Assembly (NCBI GenBank): GCA_033762295.1
Contig: JANRLW010000057.1
Span: 8,837 to 72,836 of the forward strand
Length of the DNA: 64,000 nt
Origin: Capsulimonadales bacterium
GTDB lineage: Bacteria > Armatimonadota > Armatimonadia > Armatimonadales > Armatimonadaceae
Direction of reading: 5' to 3'
Shown one piece after another: positions 11,638 to 22,542 of the stretch (position 1 is the first letter of the stretch; each line of letters starts with the position of its first letter). Below the pieces are notes generated by a model, which made no database searches, was not told where the DNA came from, and saw nothing but the letters and a program-made list of their open reading frames with translations. A program made the position numbers and the translations under genes.

Positions 11638-12645
11638 TCAGTCGGTTACGTCGGCTTCCAGAGTCGTCGAAGCGGACTTCTTCAGGCCGTCGAAATCCGA
11701 GACCGTGAGGGTGATGACATACCGCTTGATGCCGTCGTTCTCTTTATCGAGCGACTGGGGAAAGGTATGCGTGACCGCTCGGCCGGTCGCGTCCTCCTGG
11801 ATACCATCGCTCGCATCAAAATCCCAGGAGTAGACCAGAGTCGTCGCTCCCCCCTCGGCGGTCGCGGAAAAAACCACCGGTTGCTGGGCGAAGATGATCT
11901 GCTCTTCCAGAGAACTGACGGAGATTTCGGTTTCGTCGGTGATGACGCGGATATCGCCGACATAGAACTGCTGGTATTTGTCGCCGAAGATAGCCAGTTC
12001 CTTCACCCGGGCGCCGTCCCCGGTCGGCACATTGCCACCGGCTTCCTTGACGATGGCAGCCAGCGGGAAGGCAAGCGGCACCCAGCGATCGGGATCGTCC
12101 GAGTCGGGCAGTTCGACCGGGCGGATCAGTTCGTACCGGGTCCCGTCCGCCATGATCAACAGGTATCGCATCTTCTTGAACGGCGAAACCAGTTGACGGG
12201 AGTTCTGGAAGGAACTCTGGCTGAACCGATTCTGAAACGCGTCACCGCCGGAAAACTTGACCTGGAAGCGCATATAGGTCTTGTTGCTGGTGAACGCCAG
12301 TCCGAGATCGATCGGTTCCTTGAATTCCAGGCGGGCGCCCTGATACAGTCCGTGGGTCGTGACCCGGATCGAGGTGCTCCCGCCGGTGAAAACCGCGTCC
12401 CGGGTGCTCTGGGCTTCTCCGCTACCCCATCCGCCCAGCGCGACGTTGGACGTCGCGCCGGTATCGCCACGAAACAGGGGAATGATCAGACGGCTGACAT
12501 CCTGATCCTGGCGGGCGGCGTTTCCGGCCTTGCCGGCGGCGCGGGCGACCGTGCCCGTCGCAAAAAGGGCACACACCGTCCCGCCGGTCAGGAGAAGAGC
12601 GGTCAGTGCGACAATGTGTCGGATCGGATACATTCGTGGTATCAA
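11638..12645 (-). CDS. secreted hypothetical protein with C-terminal PKD-like domain
   Basis: Signal peptide; YSWDFD..DG..DATG..VTHTF...YVITLTVSD. Confidence 0.7.
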   Translation of the reverse strand: MIPRMYPIRHIVALTALLLTGGTVCALFATGTVARAAGKAGNAARQDQDVSRLIIPLFRGDTGATSNVALGGWGSGEAQSTRDAVFTGGSTSIRVTTHGLYQGARLEFKEPIDLGLAFTSNKTYMRFQVKFSGGDAFQNRFSQSSFQNSRQLVSPFKKMRYLLIMADGTRYELIRPVELPDSDDPDRWVPLAFPLAAIVKEAGGNVPTGDGARVKELAIFGDKYQQFYVGDIRVITDETEISVSSLEEQIIFAQQPVVFSATAEGGATTLVYSWDFDASDGIQEDATGRAVTHTFPQSLDKENDGIKRYVITLTVSDFDGLKKSASTTLEADVTD

Positions 12646-12755
12646 TTCCTTTCGGCAATAGACTGCCAGGGCAGGTTGCTCCCTTTCAGTCGGCGCATTT
12701 CCTCAGCGCTCAGTATAACAGATTTGCTTCCCGCCTGTAAACTTCGAAATCGCGT

Positions 12756-13535
12756 TCAGTTCCGTCGGGTCACACGGACGATTCCCCGGGCCTCGCCCGT
12801 CGCCTCCTCCACTTCAATAACGACCCCGTTCAGAATGGCGGATCCCTCGGCGACGCGGTGTCGGTACGGCAGCTGCGTCCGAAAACGCCGCAGGCAGGTT
12901 TCCACATCCATTCCGATGACGGAGTTTTCGGGGCCGCACATTCCCACATCGGTGACGAACGCCGTTCCCCCCGGCAAAATACGCTCGTCCGCCGTCGGCA
13001 CATGGGTATGCGTCCCGACCACCGCCGAGACCCGACCGGCGCAATGCCAGCCAAAAGCCTGTTTCTCCGAGGTAGTTTCGGCATGAAAGTCGAAAAACAA
13101 TACCTGTGCCTGAGGTTTCAGCTGTGCGATGATCTCATCCGCCGCGCGAAACGGGTCATCGAGCGGTTCCATAAAAACGCGTCCGTTAAGATTCGCGACT
13201 CCGACCGTGATGCCGGAGGCGGTTCGAAAAAGGCCGCAGCCCCGTCCGGGGGCGCCCGGCGGATAGTTGGCGGGCCGCAGTAACCGCGGATCGTCCGCAA
13301 TCACTTCCAGACCGTCCTCCTTCGCCCAGGTATGGTTGCCCATGGTCAGCACATCCAACCCGCCGCAAAGCAGCGCCCGCGCCAGAGGCGGCGTGATCCC
13401 CCAACCGCCCGCGACATTTTCGGCATTGGCGATCGCAAGGTCGATCCCGAACTCCCGGCGTAACTCCGGAACCAGAGCCAGGGCGGCGTCCCGCCCCGGC
13501 TTTCCCACAATATCGCCGATAAACAGAATTTTCAT
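12756..13535 (-). CDS. ymdB: YmdB/TIGR00282 metallophosphoesterase
   Basis: ILFIGDIVGKPGR, ANAEN, GNHTW, DFHAETTSEK, GTHTHV; directly downstream of rny. Confidence 0.93.
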   Translation of the reverse strand: MKILFIGDIVGKPGRDAALALVPELRREFGIDLAIANAENVAGGWGITPPLARALLCGGLDVLTMGNHTWAKEDGLEVIADDPRLLRPANYPPGAPGRGCGLFRTASGITVGVANLNGRVFMEPLDDPFRAADEIIAQLKPQAQVLFFDFHAETTSEKQAFGWHCAGRVSAVVGTHTHVPTADERILPGGTAFVTDVGMCGPENSVIGMDVETCLRRFRTQLPYRHRVAEGSAILNGVVIEVEEATGEARGIVRVTRRN

Positions 13536-13585
13536 CCCACCAGAACCCGGTGATTTCAGGTACGGAATTTCAGAGCACCCCGTAC

Positions 13586-15151
13586 CTATTTCGCATAATC
13601 GACCGCGCGCGTCTCCCGAATAACCGTCACCTTGATCTGGCTGGGATACTGCGAGGCCATCTCCTCCTCGATCCGCTTGGCGGCGGCGCGCGCGAGTTCC
13701 ATCGCCGCCAGATCGTCGACCTCGCCCGGACGCACCATCAGGCGGATTTCCCGGCCCGCCTGTACGGCATAGGTCTTCTCGACGCCGGGGAACGCATCTC
13801 CGATCGTCTCCAGTTTTTGCAGCCGACGGACGTAGTTCTCCAGCATTTCGCGACGCGCCCCCGGTCGGGAGGCGGAAATGGCGTCGGCAATCATGACGAT
13901 GACCGCCTCCACCGTCTCCGGTTCGATATCGTTATGATGGGCGCCCGCGGCCAGAGCCGCCTCCTCCGGTTCGCCGTAACGCAGCATCAGGTCCCGACTG
14001 ATCAGGGCGTGCGGTTGGTCGGAGTCATAGTACACTTTGCCCAGATCGTGCAGCAGTCCCGCGCGGCGCGCGATTTCGGCGTTGGCCCCGAGTTCCGCCG
14101 CGATCGATGCGCACAGCAACGCGACCTCGATGGAATGGGTCAGAATATTCTGACCGAAGCTCATCCGGTAACGCATCCGTCCGAGCAGGCCGATCAGTTC
14201 CGGATGCAGTCCGGTTACCCCCGTTTCCAGCACGGCGCGCTCCCCGGCCTCGCGCATCTTCTCCTCGACCTCGTTCTGCGCCTTCTCGACCATCTCCTCG
14301 ATGCGTCCGGGGTGGATGCGTCCGTCGGCTACCAGATTGCTGAGCGCCAGCCGAGCGATCTCGCGACGCACCGGATCGAACGACGAAACGACGACCGCTT
14401 CCGGAGTATCGTCAATCACGACATCCACACCGGTGAGCGTCTCGAAGGCGCGTATATTGCGGCCCTCGCGCCCGATGATCCTTCCCTTCAAATCATCGGA
14501 CGGCAGGGGCACCACCGAGACGGTCGTTTCCGACGCCTGTTCGACCGCGCACCGCTGAATCGCCATCAGCACGATGCTTCGGGCACGCCGATCCCCCTCA
14601 CGCCGGGCCTCCTCCTCGATATCCCGGATCAGACGGGCGGCGTCCATCCGCGTCTCATCCTCGACAATCCGGAGCACCTGCGTGCGGGCGTCCTCGGACG
14701 AAAGGTTGGCAATCCGTTCGAGTTCGCTGCGCTGACGCTGCAGCAGATTATTCAATTCTCCCCGCAAGCGGTCGGCTTCCACCTCCCGTACCGCCAGTAT
14801 CTCCTCGCGCCGCTCCAGCAAATCGGCGCGCCGATCCAGATTCTCTTCTTTTTGCGCCAGTCTGCGCTCCTGCCGCCCGATTTCCGCGCGTTTCTCACGG
14901 ATTTCCAGTTCGGCGTCGCTGAGAATGCGAAGGGATTCCTCCTTCGCGGTCAGCAACGCCTCTTTCCGACGGGCCTCCAGCTCTTTCTCGATATCCTGTC
15001 GCTTCCGCTCGAACTCCTCGTCCCGGCGACGACCATCCTCCTGTCGCTCCGAGATCATTCGGCGGTTATACAAAAAACCGGCAACGCCCAGACCGAGAAA
15101 GACGACGATGCCAGCGATTTCCACCAATAATAAAATCTGCGTATTATCCAG
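13586..15151 (-). CDS. rny: ribonuclease Y
   Basis: N-terminal TM, coiled coil, KH domain (KGRIIGREGRNIR), HD motif (LLHDLGK); probable CTG start at 15151. Confidence 0.95.
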   Translation of the reverse strand: MDNTQILLLVEIAGIVVFLGLGVAGFLYNRRMISERQEDGRRRDEEFERKRQDIEKELEARRKEALLTAKEESLRILSDAELEIREKRAEIGRQERRLAQKEENLDRRADLLERREEILAVREVEADRLRGELNNLLQRQRSELERIANLSSEDARTQVLRIVEDETRMDAARLIRDIEEEARREGDRRARSIVLMAIQRCAVEQASETTVSVVPLPSDDLKGRIIGREGRNIRAFETLTGVDVVIDDTPEAVVVSSFDPVRREIARLALSNLVADGRIHPGRIEEMVEKAQNEVEEKMREAGERAVLETGVTGLHPELIGLLGRMRYRMSFGQNILTHSIEVALLCASIAAELGANAEIARRAGLLHDLGKVYYDSDQPHALISRDLMLRYGEPEEAALAAGAHHNDIEPETVEAVIVMIADAISASRPGARREMLENYVRRLQKLETIGDAFPGVEKTYAVQAGREIRLMVRPGEVDDLAAMELARAAAKRIEEEMASQYPSQIKVTVIRETRAVDYAK

Positions 15152-15300
15152 CTTCCCCTCACCTCCAGACTATTGTTGAAACGTCTGTTTGGCAGGCGGA
15201 GCGTTCACTTCCGGACTGGCCTGACCGCACTCGACCGGCAAATGCACGAAGAGAGAATACATTAATGATATCGAGGCGGTAACGGTGTATTATACATGAC

Positions 15301-16008
15301 TCAATCGCCTCTTTCCTCCGCTATTTCGGAAAGGTCGTTCGCCTCGTCCTCTCCCTCCTCGTCCGCCGCGGACGATCGGTACAGGCGGCGCAAAACCGGC
15401 CGGATCGCGTCCCATCCGAACCCGCGTCGCTGCAGAAAGGCCGCCAGTTTCGCCTGTGCCTCCCGCGTCCGATCGTTCGGCCGCTCCCCGACACGACGGA
15501 TCGCCACCGAGAGCGCCGTCGCCGCCTCCGTCTCCTCGTCACGGGCCTCCCGGATCGTCTCCGCCGCCGTCTCCCGGTCCACGCCCTTCAGCCGGAGTTC
15601 CTGACTCAGCAGTCGCGAGCCGCGCGTCGTCCCGCGCGAGGAGACCCAGGAGGAGGCGAACGCCGCGTCGTCCAGATAGCCGAGTTCGCTCAGACGGGCG
15701 ATCACCTCGTCGATTACCGCCCCCTCGTAGCCTTTCTGCCGCAGACGGTCGGAAAGCTCCTTGCCCGACCGCGCCCGGAACGACAGCAGGCGATAGGCGG
15801 CCTCGGTCGCCTGGTGCCGTTCCTCCGCCGCGGACGCCTCCCGCAGTCGTTCCGTCGTGACCGCCTGACCCACCTTCAAATGCAATCCGGCGACCACCGC
15901 CTCTGCCAACCCGATGGCGAACTCGCCGTCGATAAAGATATTCATTCGGCCTTTATGCCGGGCCTGAGGTTCGATCGCCGTGATTCGTGAGTGTTCCGAC
16001 AGGTTCAT
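15301..16008 (-). CDS. recX: regulatory protein RecX
   Basis: RLLSFRARSGKEL, GYLDDAAFA, ELRLKGVD, FLQRRGF. Confidence 0.92.
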   Translation of the reverse strand: MNLSEHSRITAIEPQARHKGRMNIFIDGEFAIGLAEAVVAGLHLKVGQAVTTERLREASAAEERHQATEAAYRLLSFRARSGKELSDRLRQKGYEGAVIDEVIARLSELGYLDDAAFASSWVSSRGTTRGSRLLSQELRLKGVDRETAAETIREARDEETEAATALSVAIRRVGERPNDRTREAQAKLAAFLQRRGFGWDAIRPVLRRLYRSSAADEEGEDEANDLSEIAEERGD

Positions 16009-16952
16009 CGTTTCGTCTCCCTCGAAACAATGTCACTCAGCGCCGCCTCCCATTCCGGAAAATCGAACCGAAAACCGGCATCCCGAAGTTTTCCCGGCAC
16101 GACCCGACGGCTTTTCAACAGGAGTTCCGTCTCCGTTTGCAAAAGAAGCGCGCCGATCTCCAGCATCCACCGGGTTGCCGGAAGGCCGATCGGCCGGCGG
16201 CAGACCCGCCGGAAAATACGCATGAACTCGGCGTTGGGGAGCGGGTTCGGGGAGGCAAGGTTCACCGGACCGGAGAGATCGTCCCGCTCCAGCAGGAAAT
16301 GTACGGCCCGGACGAAATCCCGGTCATGAATCCAGCTGACATACTGCCGACCGTTGCCGAGCGTCCCGCCCAGACCGATACGGACAATCCGCCGGAACGC
16401 CGCATGGACCCCCTCCTCGCCGGGACCGAAAACCATCGCCGAACGAAGGGCCACTTTGCGCGTGCGCGGGGTCTCCGCCGCGAACAGAGCCGCCTCCCAT
16501 TTCCGGCAGACATCGACGGAGAACCCGGACCCGATTTCGCCGGTTGCCTCATCCATCGGGCGGTCCTCCGCATGTCGGTAGATAGTCGCGGAGGAGGAGT
16601 TGATCCAGACCGGAGGCGGATCGGCGCAGCGGGAGATCGCGTCGCCGAGGGCCTTCGTCGTCTTCAACCGGGATTCGTAGATCTCCTCACGGTTCTTTTC
16701 GTTGTAACGGCAGTTCACGGTTCGGCCGGCCAGATTGATGACCGCCGCCGCGCCCCGGAGCGTCGCTTCCCAGTCGCCCGGGTTCTCACCGTCCCAGCGC
16801 ACGACGTCGCTGCCCGACGCACCACGCGACAGAACGATCACCCGATAGCCCAAACCGGAAAAGTATTCGCGCAACACCCGTCCGAGAAAACCTGCGCCGC
16901 CCGGCACGACGATCGTCCCCTTCGTGCCCTTCATCCCCTTCGTCCCGTCCAT
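16005..16952 (-). CDS. TIGR01777-family NAD-dependent epimerase (YfcH-like)
   Basis: GGAGFLG, INLAG, GRQYVSWIH, LLLKSRRVVP. Confidence 0.9.
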   Translation of the reverse strand: MDGTKGMKGTKGTIVVPGGAGFLGRVLREYFSGLGYRVIVLSRGASGSDVVRWDGENPGDWEATLRGAAAVINLAGRTVNCRYNEKNREEIYESRLKTTKALGDAISRCADPPPVWINSSSATIYRHAEDRPMDEATGEIGSGFSVDVCRKWEAALFAAETPRTRKVALRSAMVFGPGEEGVHAAFRRIVRIGLGGTLGNGRQYVSWIHDRDFVRAVHFLLERDDLSGPVNLASPNPLPNAEFMRIFRRVCRRPIGLPATRWMLEIGALLLQTETELLLKSRRVVPGKLRDAGFRFDFPEWEAALSDIVSRETKR

Positions 16953-17099
16953 CCCGCCGTTTCCTTTCCGCAGGAACGTCCCCGCTCCGCAACCGGGGGC
17001 GGTAAGGAGAAAGCGGCTGTCGCTCGTGCGACCTTCGACCGGGCGACCCGGAATGACCGGGGCGAGGAAACTCCTCGCCGCGATCCCGCCCCCGTGAGG

Positions 17100-18692
17100 T
17101 TACAGTTCCACTTGACGCACGACTTCCATGCCGTCGAGAGCCGCGATCCGCGCCAGTACCTCGGCCGGGGCCGGTTCGTCCACCGACAGCGCCATGACCG
17201 CATGACCGTATTTCCCGGCGCGGCCCAGATACATTCCGGCGATGTTCACCTGCGCGTCGCCGAGGATCGTCCCGACCTTGCCGACGATTCCCGGTTTGTC
17301 GGTGTGCTGCGTGACGATATGGCAGCCTTCCGGCTTGAAGTCCACCGCGTACCCGTCGATGCCGACGATCCGCGTGTCCGTCGTACCGAAGACCGTTCCC
17401 TCGATCACGCACGATTTGCCGCTCTGGGCGCGGGCGCGGACCGTGATCCGGTTCCGATACTCAGCGGACGCCGACTCCTCACGACGGGACTCGGTCAGGC
17501 GAATGCCGCGCTGCTGTGCCAGAGCGGGCGCGTTGACATAGTTCACCGCCGAGGCGAGGAAGGGCGAGAGTAGCCCCTTCATCAGGGCGCGGGTCAGATG
17601 CACCGTCTGGTTCTGGGCAAAATCCCCCTCGTACAGAACATCGACCGAGATCACGCCGCTGGTCGATAGCTGGCTCTGCATGGAACCGATCCGCTCCGCC
17701 AGCCGCAGATACGGCGCGGTCTGGTGCAACAGGTCGGCGGGCAGCGAGGGCATGTTGACCGCCGCGCGAGCCGGTCGTCCGGCCAACACCTCCACGATCT
17801 GCTCGGCGATATCGACTGCGACACCGACCTGCGCCTCCTCGGTGGACGCCCCGAGATGCGGGGTGGCGACGACCTTCGGATGCAGCGCCAGGGGGTTATC
17901 CGGCGCGGTCGGCTCCTGCTCCCAGACGTCGATCGCCGCACCGGCGACTTTCCCCGTTTCCAGACCTTCGAGCAGCGCGGCTTCCTGAATGATCCCGCCG
18001 CGCGCGACGTTGATCAGTCGGACGCCGTCCCGCATCCGGGCGATCTGGACCGGCCCGATCATCCCGGTCGTCTCCTTCGTCTTCGGCACATGCACGGTGA
18101 TGAAATCCGCCTGCCGATAGAGACTGTCCAGATCGACCGATTCGACTCCGAGTTGTTCGGCCTGCTCTCGGGACGCGAACGGGTCGTAGGCCAGCACTCG
18201 CATCTCCAGGCCGAGCAGACGTTTGGCGACTTCCCGACCGATCTTGCCCAGTCCGATGACTCCCGCCGTTTTGCCGTACACCTCGACCCCGACATACTTG
18301 TTGCGCTTCCACTCGCCCGCCTTCATGGAGGCCGCCGCCGCCGGAACGTTACGGGAAAGCGCGAGCAGTAGAGTGACCGTCAGTTCCGCCGCCGCAATGG
18401 TGTTGCCTTCCGGGGAGTTGACGACCAGGATACCCTTCTGTGTCGCCTTTTCGACATCGATGTTATCGACACCGACACCCGCCCGCCCGATGATCTTCAG
18501 GTTGGAGGCCGCCTCCAGCACGTCGGCCGTCACCTTTGTCTCGGAGCGTACGGCCAGAGCGTCATACTCGCCGATGATCGCAATCAGTTCGTCCGCGGAA
18601 AGTCCGGTACGAACATCCACCGTCAGACCCGCCCGCCGGAGGATACCGACGCCCTCCGTCGCGACCGGATCGGAAACCAGAACCTTTGTCAT
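17100..18692 (-). CDS. serA: D-3-phosphoglycerate dehydrogenase (type I, ASB+ACT domains)
   Basis: [47 protein letters not shown]. Confidence 0.97.
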   Translation of the reverse strand: MTKVLVSDPVATEGVGILRRAGLTVDVRTGLSADELIAIIGEYDALAVRSETKVTADVLEAASNLKIIGRAGVGVDNIDVEKATQKGILVVNSPEGNTIAAAELTVTLLLALSRNVPAAAASMKAGEWKRNKYVGVEVYGKTAGVIGLGKIGREVAKRLLGLEMRVLAYDPFASREQAEQLGVESVDLDSLYRQADFITVHVPKTKETTGMIGPVQIARMRDGVRLINVARGGIIQEAALLEGLETGKVAGAAIDVWEQEPTAPDNPLALHPKVVATPHLGASTEEAQVGVAVDIAEQIVEVLAGRPARAAVNMPSLPADLLHQTAPYLRLAERIGSMQSQLSTSGVISVDVLYEGDFAQNQTVHLTRALMKGLLSPFLASAVNYVNAPALAQQRGIRLTESRREESASAEYRNRITVRARAQSGKSCVIEGTVFGTTDTRIVGIDGYAVDFKPEGCHIVTQHTDKPGIVGKVGTILGDAQVNIAGMYLGRAGKYGHAVMALSVDEPAPAEVLARIAALDGMEVVRQVEL

Positions 18693-18722
18693 CCCAATCG
18701 TCCCCTTCGGCTGTCCGCCGAC

Positions 18723-18752
18723 AAAAAGGCCGCTAACATAACGTCAGCGGCC
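18723..18752 (-). terminator. terminator-like hairpin between GMC gene and serA
   Basis: Minus strand ggccgctgac-gttat-gttagcggcc-ttttt. Confidence 0.65.
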
Positions 18753-18786
18753 CCCCTATTATACCCTGCGAACGGGGCCTGACCAG

Positions 18787-20376
18787 TTACACGCGACTCG
18801 GATCGCTACGGGATAGAGCGCGTTTGATCTCATCGGCGGAGCGAAGGGCGAGCGCAATCGCCGTCAGGGTCGGATTCGAGAAGCCGCCGGTCGGGAAGAC
18901 CGAGCTTCCGGCGACATAGAGATTGTCGTAGCCGTGGACACGGCACCGGGCATCGACGACGCTGGTGCGCGGGTCCGTTCCCATACGCGTCGTTCCGATG
19001 TGGTGGTAGGAGTCCTTCAACGTCCCTTCCGATCCGGAGAAATCCATCTTCGACAGGTCGAGATCCGCAATCCCCAGACGCTGCCACTCGCCCGAAAGCG
19101 CCTGAGCGAACACCTCGATCGCCCGGTACTCCGCCCCGGTCACCTGCCAGTCGAGAACGGTACGGCGAACGCCCAGCCGATCCCGCACGTCGGACAATCG
19201 GACCCGGCTGTTCGGATTGGGTTCCTGCTCGCAACCGAAGACCAGTTGCGGCCGGACCGCCCCCTGAGAGACCGCCTGATTCAGGACGGTTCGCCGGAAC
19301 ACCTCCGAAACGATCCGTCCCGGCTGCCGGGCCACTCGCCCCAGGGACGGCAGGAGGCCCGCCGACTGCGCCTGCCCCCGCAACACCGCCATGATCTGCC
19401 GCGCGGCGGCGAGCGGGTCGTTCGGGTCGGACGGATAATGGATCTCACAGACGATCCCCGTAATCCGCTTCTCCCGCTGTAACCGTTCGCTGGCTGCCGC
19501 CTTCAGCGCGAAACGGACCCGTCCCCGCACGAAGGCGTTGAACCATCGGTCGAACTGATGCGGGTTCCGGGGATGGACGCTCTCCACGACATAGTGCGGG
19601 TGATCCTGAAAGTACCGTCCGACGACATCGTGCCGGTTGCCGATCCCGGTCTTCTCGACCGAATCGGAAACCAGCAGCAGACGCGCCGATTCGATACCGC
19701 CACATGCGACGACGACATACCGCGCCCGGACCGTCAGGTCCCGCCCGTCCAGCGACCGCGCCCGAACCTCCCGGACCGCCGTCGCTCCCTCGTTCGCCTC
19801 CAGCGACAGGACGTTGGCGTGGGTGATGACCTCGACATTGGCCGAGGCCGCCAGTGGTTCGCGGTACTTATCTCGGAAATCCGGCGTCAGCGTGAACTGT
19901 GAGAAGAGCGGGTAAGCGATGTCCGGATCGTAGGCGGGCGGCGCATCGTCGGCGTGCGGCCAGGACTCCCGGTCGTAGCCCAGATGCTCGACCTCCATCA
20001 CGTCCTCGGCCCGACGGTAATAGTCGGTCAGGTCCTCTTTCGTGATCGGCCAGCCGCTTTCGGCCACCCAGTCCCGCTTCTCGAAATCGATCTCGGCGAG
20101 GGGGAGAGCCTGCCCGGCCCAGAGAGTCGTCGTGCCGCCCAGCACCCGCGTACGCCCGATATGGATGCCTTCGTGCGGAATGCCGATGACCTCGCTGCGG
20201 TAAGGGTCCTGAGACTCGTCCTCATGAGCGGGACCGCCGCCCTCCAGAACGATCACCCGCGCGGATTCGGAGAGAAACTCACGGGCGACCGCCAGTCCGA
20301 GCGCACCGCTACCAACGATGCAGACCTCGGCGTCCAGCGAAATGCCAGCCTCAAAATCGCGTATGTCCCGAATCAT
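18787..20376 (-). CDS. GMC-family FAD oxidoreductase
   Basis: IVGSGALG, LGGTTTLWAG, HHIGTTRMG, NPTLT. Confidence 0.92.
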   Translation of the reverse strand: MIRDIRDFEAGISLDAEVCIVGSGALGLAVAREFLSESARVIVLEGGGPAHEDESQDPYRSEVIGIPHEGIHIGRTRVLGGTTTLWAGQALPLAEIDFEKRDWVAESGWPITKEDLTDYYRRAEDVMEVEHLGYDRESWPHADDAPPAYDPDIAYPLFSQFTLTPDFRDKYREPLAASANVEVITHANVLSLEANEGATAVREVRARSLDGRDLTVRARYVVVACGGIESARLLLVSDSVEKTGIGNRHDVVGRYFQDHPHYVVESVHPRNPHQFDRWFNAFVRGRVRFALKAAASERLQREKRITGIVCEIHYPSDPNDPLAAARQIMAVLRGQAQSAGLLPSLGRVARQPGRIVSEVFRRTVLNQAVSQGAVRPQLVFGCEQEPNPNSRVRLSDVRDRLGVRRTVLDWQVTGAEYRAIEVFAQALSGEWQRLGIADLDLSKMDFSGSEGTLKDSYHHIGTTRMGTDPRTSVVDARCRVHGYDNLYVAGSSVFPTGGFSNPTLTAIALALRSADEIKRALSRSDPSRV

Positions 20377-20386
20377 GTTGTACGAC

Positions 20387-21373
20387 CTATCTCGACTCCG
20401 ACGCCCACCGCCAGTTCAGGTAGGCGTTGTACAGCGGGGTCAGTCCGCGGCGCGCCTCCATGTATTTCAAACCGAACGCCCCCTCACGGAAACGAACGGC
20501 ATCGACCACCCCTTCCTCCAGGCACTCCTCCCACGCCTTACGGGCCTCCTCCCGGTTTCCGAGACGGTAGATCCACTCGCGGGCGAGCGCCAGAAAGGCG
20601 AAGGTCAGCAGGTGCCGTGTATGCCGGTCGTATCGTCCGCGCGCCCGGAGTTCGTTCGTTATCTTTCGCAGCAGACGCAGACGTGTTTTCAAATGGGCCG
20701 GAGTGCTATTTTGCAGGTGTATATTGTCGCTCACATTCGGGCTGCGGCGAATCAGATAATCGGCGGATTCGACTTTTTCATAACGCATCCCGAGGATGAC
20801 GCTGCGTATGTGGAAGTCGTAGTCCTGCCAGCAGATCAACGACTCATCCCATTCGCCAAGTTTTTCCAGCCCGGCTCGTGTCCAGATCGGTCCCGACGTC
20901 TGCCAGGGAACATCCCGCTTCAGGAAGCGATCCAGGTCCGGTTCGTCGGTGAATCGGTTCCAGGGCTTGCCCAGGTCTCCCGGTCGTTCGGCGAACAATT
21001 CGCCCTGAAAAACCGCGTAGTCGACGTCCGGACGCGTCTCCAGCAAGGCGACCCGTCGCTCCAGGCAATGCGGCATCAGCAGGTCGTCGGAATCGAGGAA
21101 GATCACATAGCGGCCCCGCCCCTCGCGCATTCCCTGGTTGCGGCAGGCGGGCGCGCCCGCGGTCTCTCCCTGCCGGATCAGAAAGCGCACCCGGGAATCG
21201 TTCCCGTACCGGGTGCGCACCGCCTCCGCCGTATGGTCGGTCGAGCGGTCGTCCACCACCACCGCCTCCCAATCGGTCCGTGTCTGCGCCCGGAGCGATT
21301 CCAGAGTTTCCAGCAGGAGATCGGCCCGGTTGCGGGTCGGAATGGCGACCGTTACGATAGGAGCCGTACTCAT
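20387..21373 (-). CDS. glycosyltransferase family 2
   Basis: IPTRNR, VVDDRSTD, FLDSDD. Confidence 0.93.
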   Translation of the reverse strand: MSTAPIVTVAIPTRNRADLLLETLESLRAQTRTDWEAVVVDDRSTDHTAEAVRTRYGNDSRVRFLIRQGETAGAPACRNQGMREGRGRYVIFLDSDDLLMPHCLERRVALLETRPDVDYAVFQGELFAERPGDLGKPWNRFTDEPDLDRFLKRDVPWQTSGPIWTRAGLEKLGEWDESLICWQDYDFHIRSVILGMRYEKVESADYLIRRSPNVSDNIHLQNSTPAHLKTRLRLLRKITNELRARGRYDRHTRHLLTFAFLALAREWIYRLGNREEARKAWEECLEEGVVDAVRFREGAFGLKYMEARRGLTPLYNAYLNWRWASESR

Positions 21374-22536
21374 GCGGGACGTCTCCCTTCCCCGGCAAAC
21401 CGCCGGACAACCTCCGTCACCGCCTGATAGGTGACCTCGATCCCGAACCGTCGCAGCGCGATTTCCCGGGCGAGCCGGCTCATCTGCCGTCGTGTTTCCG
21501 GCTGTTCCAGGCAGGTATCGAGCGCGGCGCGAAACCCGTCAAAATCCCTCGGGTCGAAAAGGTACCCCGTTTTCCCCTCCTGCACCACCTCCGGAATGGC
21601 GGCCACGCGCGAGGCGACGATCGGCAGACCCGAGGCCATCGCTTCCAGCGTCACCAGCGGCAGGCAGTCCGCGAAGGTCGGCAGGACGAAGAGGTCGCTG
21701 CTCCGGAAAAGGTCGACGAGAAAATCGCTGTTGTTCTGAATATTGTTGTGGATGATCACCCCGGCGGGCGGGTCCGGTACGTTTTCGCGGGTGACGATAT
21801 GCAGTTCCCAGGGGACGCTCGTTCGCGTCTCGCGCGCCCAGCGCAACAGGGTCTCCCCGCCTTTGCGCACGAAATCGCCTCCGACAAAAAGCAGGCGCAC
21901 CGGTCCCGCATCGGGGTTATCGGCACGATTTCCCGGTGCGAACCGCTGCGTACTGACACCGGGCGGGATCACGGTCACCTTTTCCGGTCGAATGCCGTAC
22001 TCCTCACAGACCGCGCTTTTCGCCCATTCGGACCAGGAGACAATGTGCACGGCATTCTGCAGGGCGCGATGCAGCAGACGCCGTTTCAACTGGCTCTTTT
22101 CCATGAGAGCCATTTTCACCCGTTGCGCGACGCCCGGATTCTCCGGCACCTTGAAAAACGGTTGATTCAGCTCGAACCACTGGCGGGGGGTCGCATCCAG
22201 CGAAACGATCGTCGGCACCTGCCGCATCAGCGAGCCGCTGAACAGCGCCGCCGCAAGCGTGTGGACGAACGCAACATCCAGTTCGCGCGTCAACCGGGAC
22301 AGTTCGCTTCGCCCGTCCAGCCCTACCTGCATCATGACATCGCCCCGGAAATAGGGCACCCGCTTCCAGAAGGATTCGGGCAGCGGAACGAACGCGTAAA
22401 CGGGATCGATACCGGTCGTGGAGGCAAGAAACTCCTTCAGGTTCATAGCATGCGTCTTATGCCCGAGTACCTGCTCCATAATAAACCCGGCACGGATCGT
22501 TTCTGTCATTTCCTTCCCCTTCACCGCATCCGACAC
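21370..22536 (-). CDS. glycosyltransferase family 4
   Basis: RKGG, DLFVLPT, LEAMASGLPIVAS, PEVVQEGKTGYL. Confidence 0.93.
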   Translation of the reverse strand: MSDAVKGKEMTETIRAGFIMEQVLGHKTHAMNLKEFLASTTGIDPVYAFVPLPESFWKRVPYFRGDVMMQVGLDGRSELSRLTRELDVAFVHTLAAALFSGSLMRQVPTIVSLDATPRQWFELNQPFFKVPENPGVAQRVKMALMEKSQLKRRLLHRALQNAVHIVSWSEWAKSAVCEEYGIRPEKVTVIPPGVSTQRFAPGNRADNPDAGPVRLLFVGGDFVRKGGETLLRWARETRTSVPWELHIVTRENVPDPPAGVIIHNNIQNNSDFLVDLFRSSDLFVLPTFADCLPLVTLEAMASGLPIVASRVAAIPEVVQEGKTGYLFDPRDFDGFRAALDTCLEQPETRRQMSRLAREIALRRFGIEVTYQAVTEVVRRFAGEGRRPA

Positions 22537-22542
22537 GCTCCC

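Noticed and set aside
15160..15290. Possible 6S RNA upstream of rny
   Set aside because: Too short and no long self-complementary rod is visible
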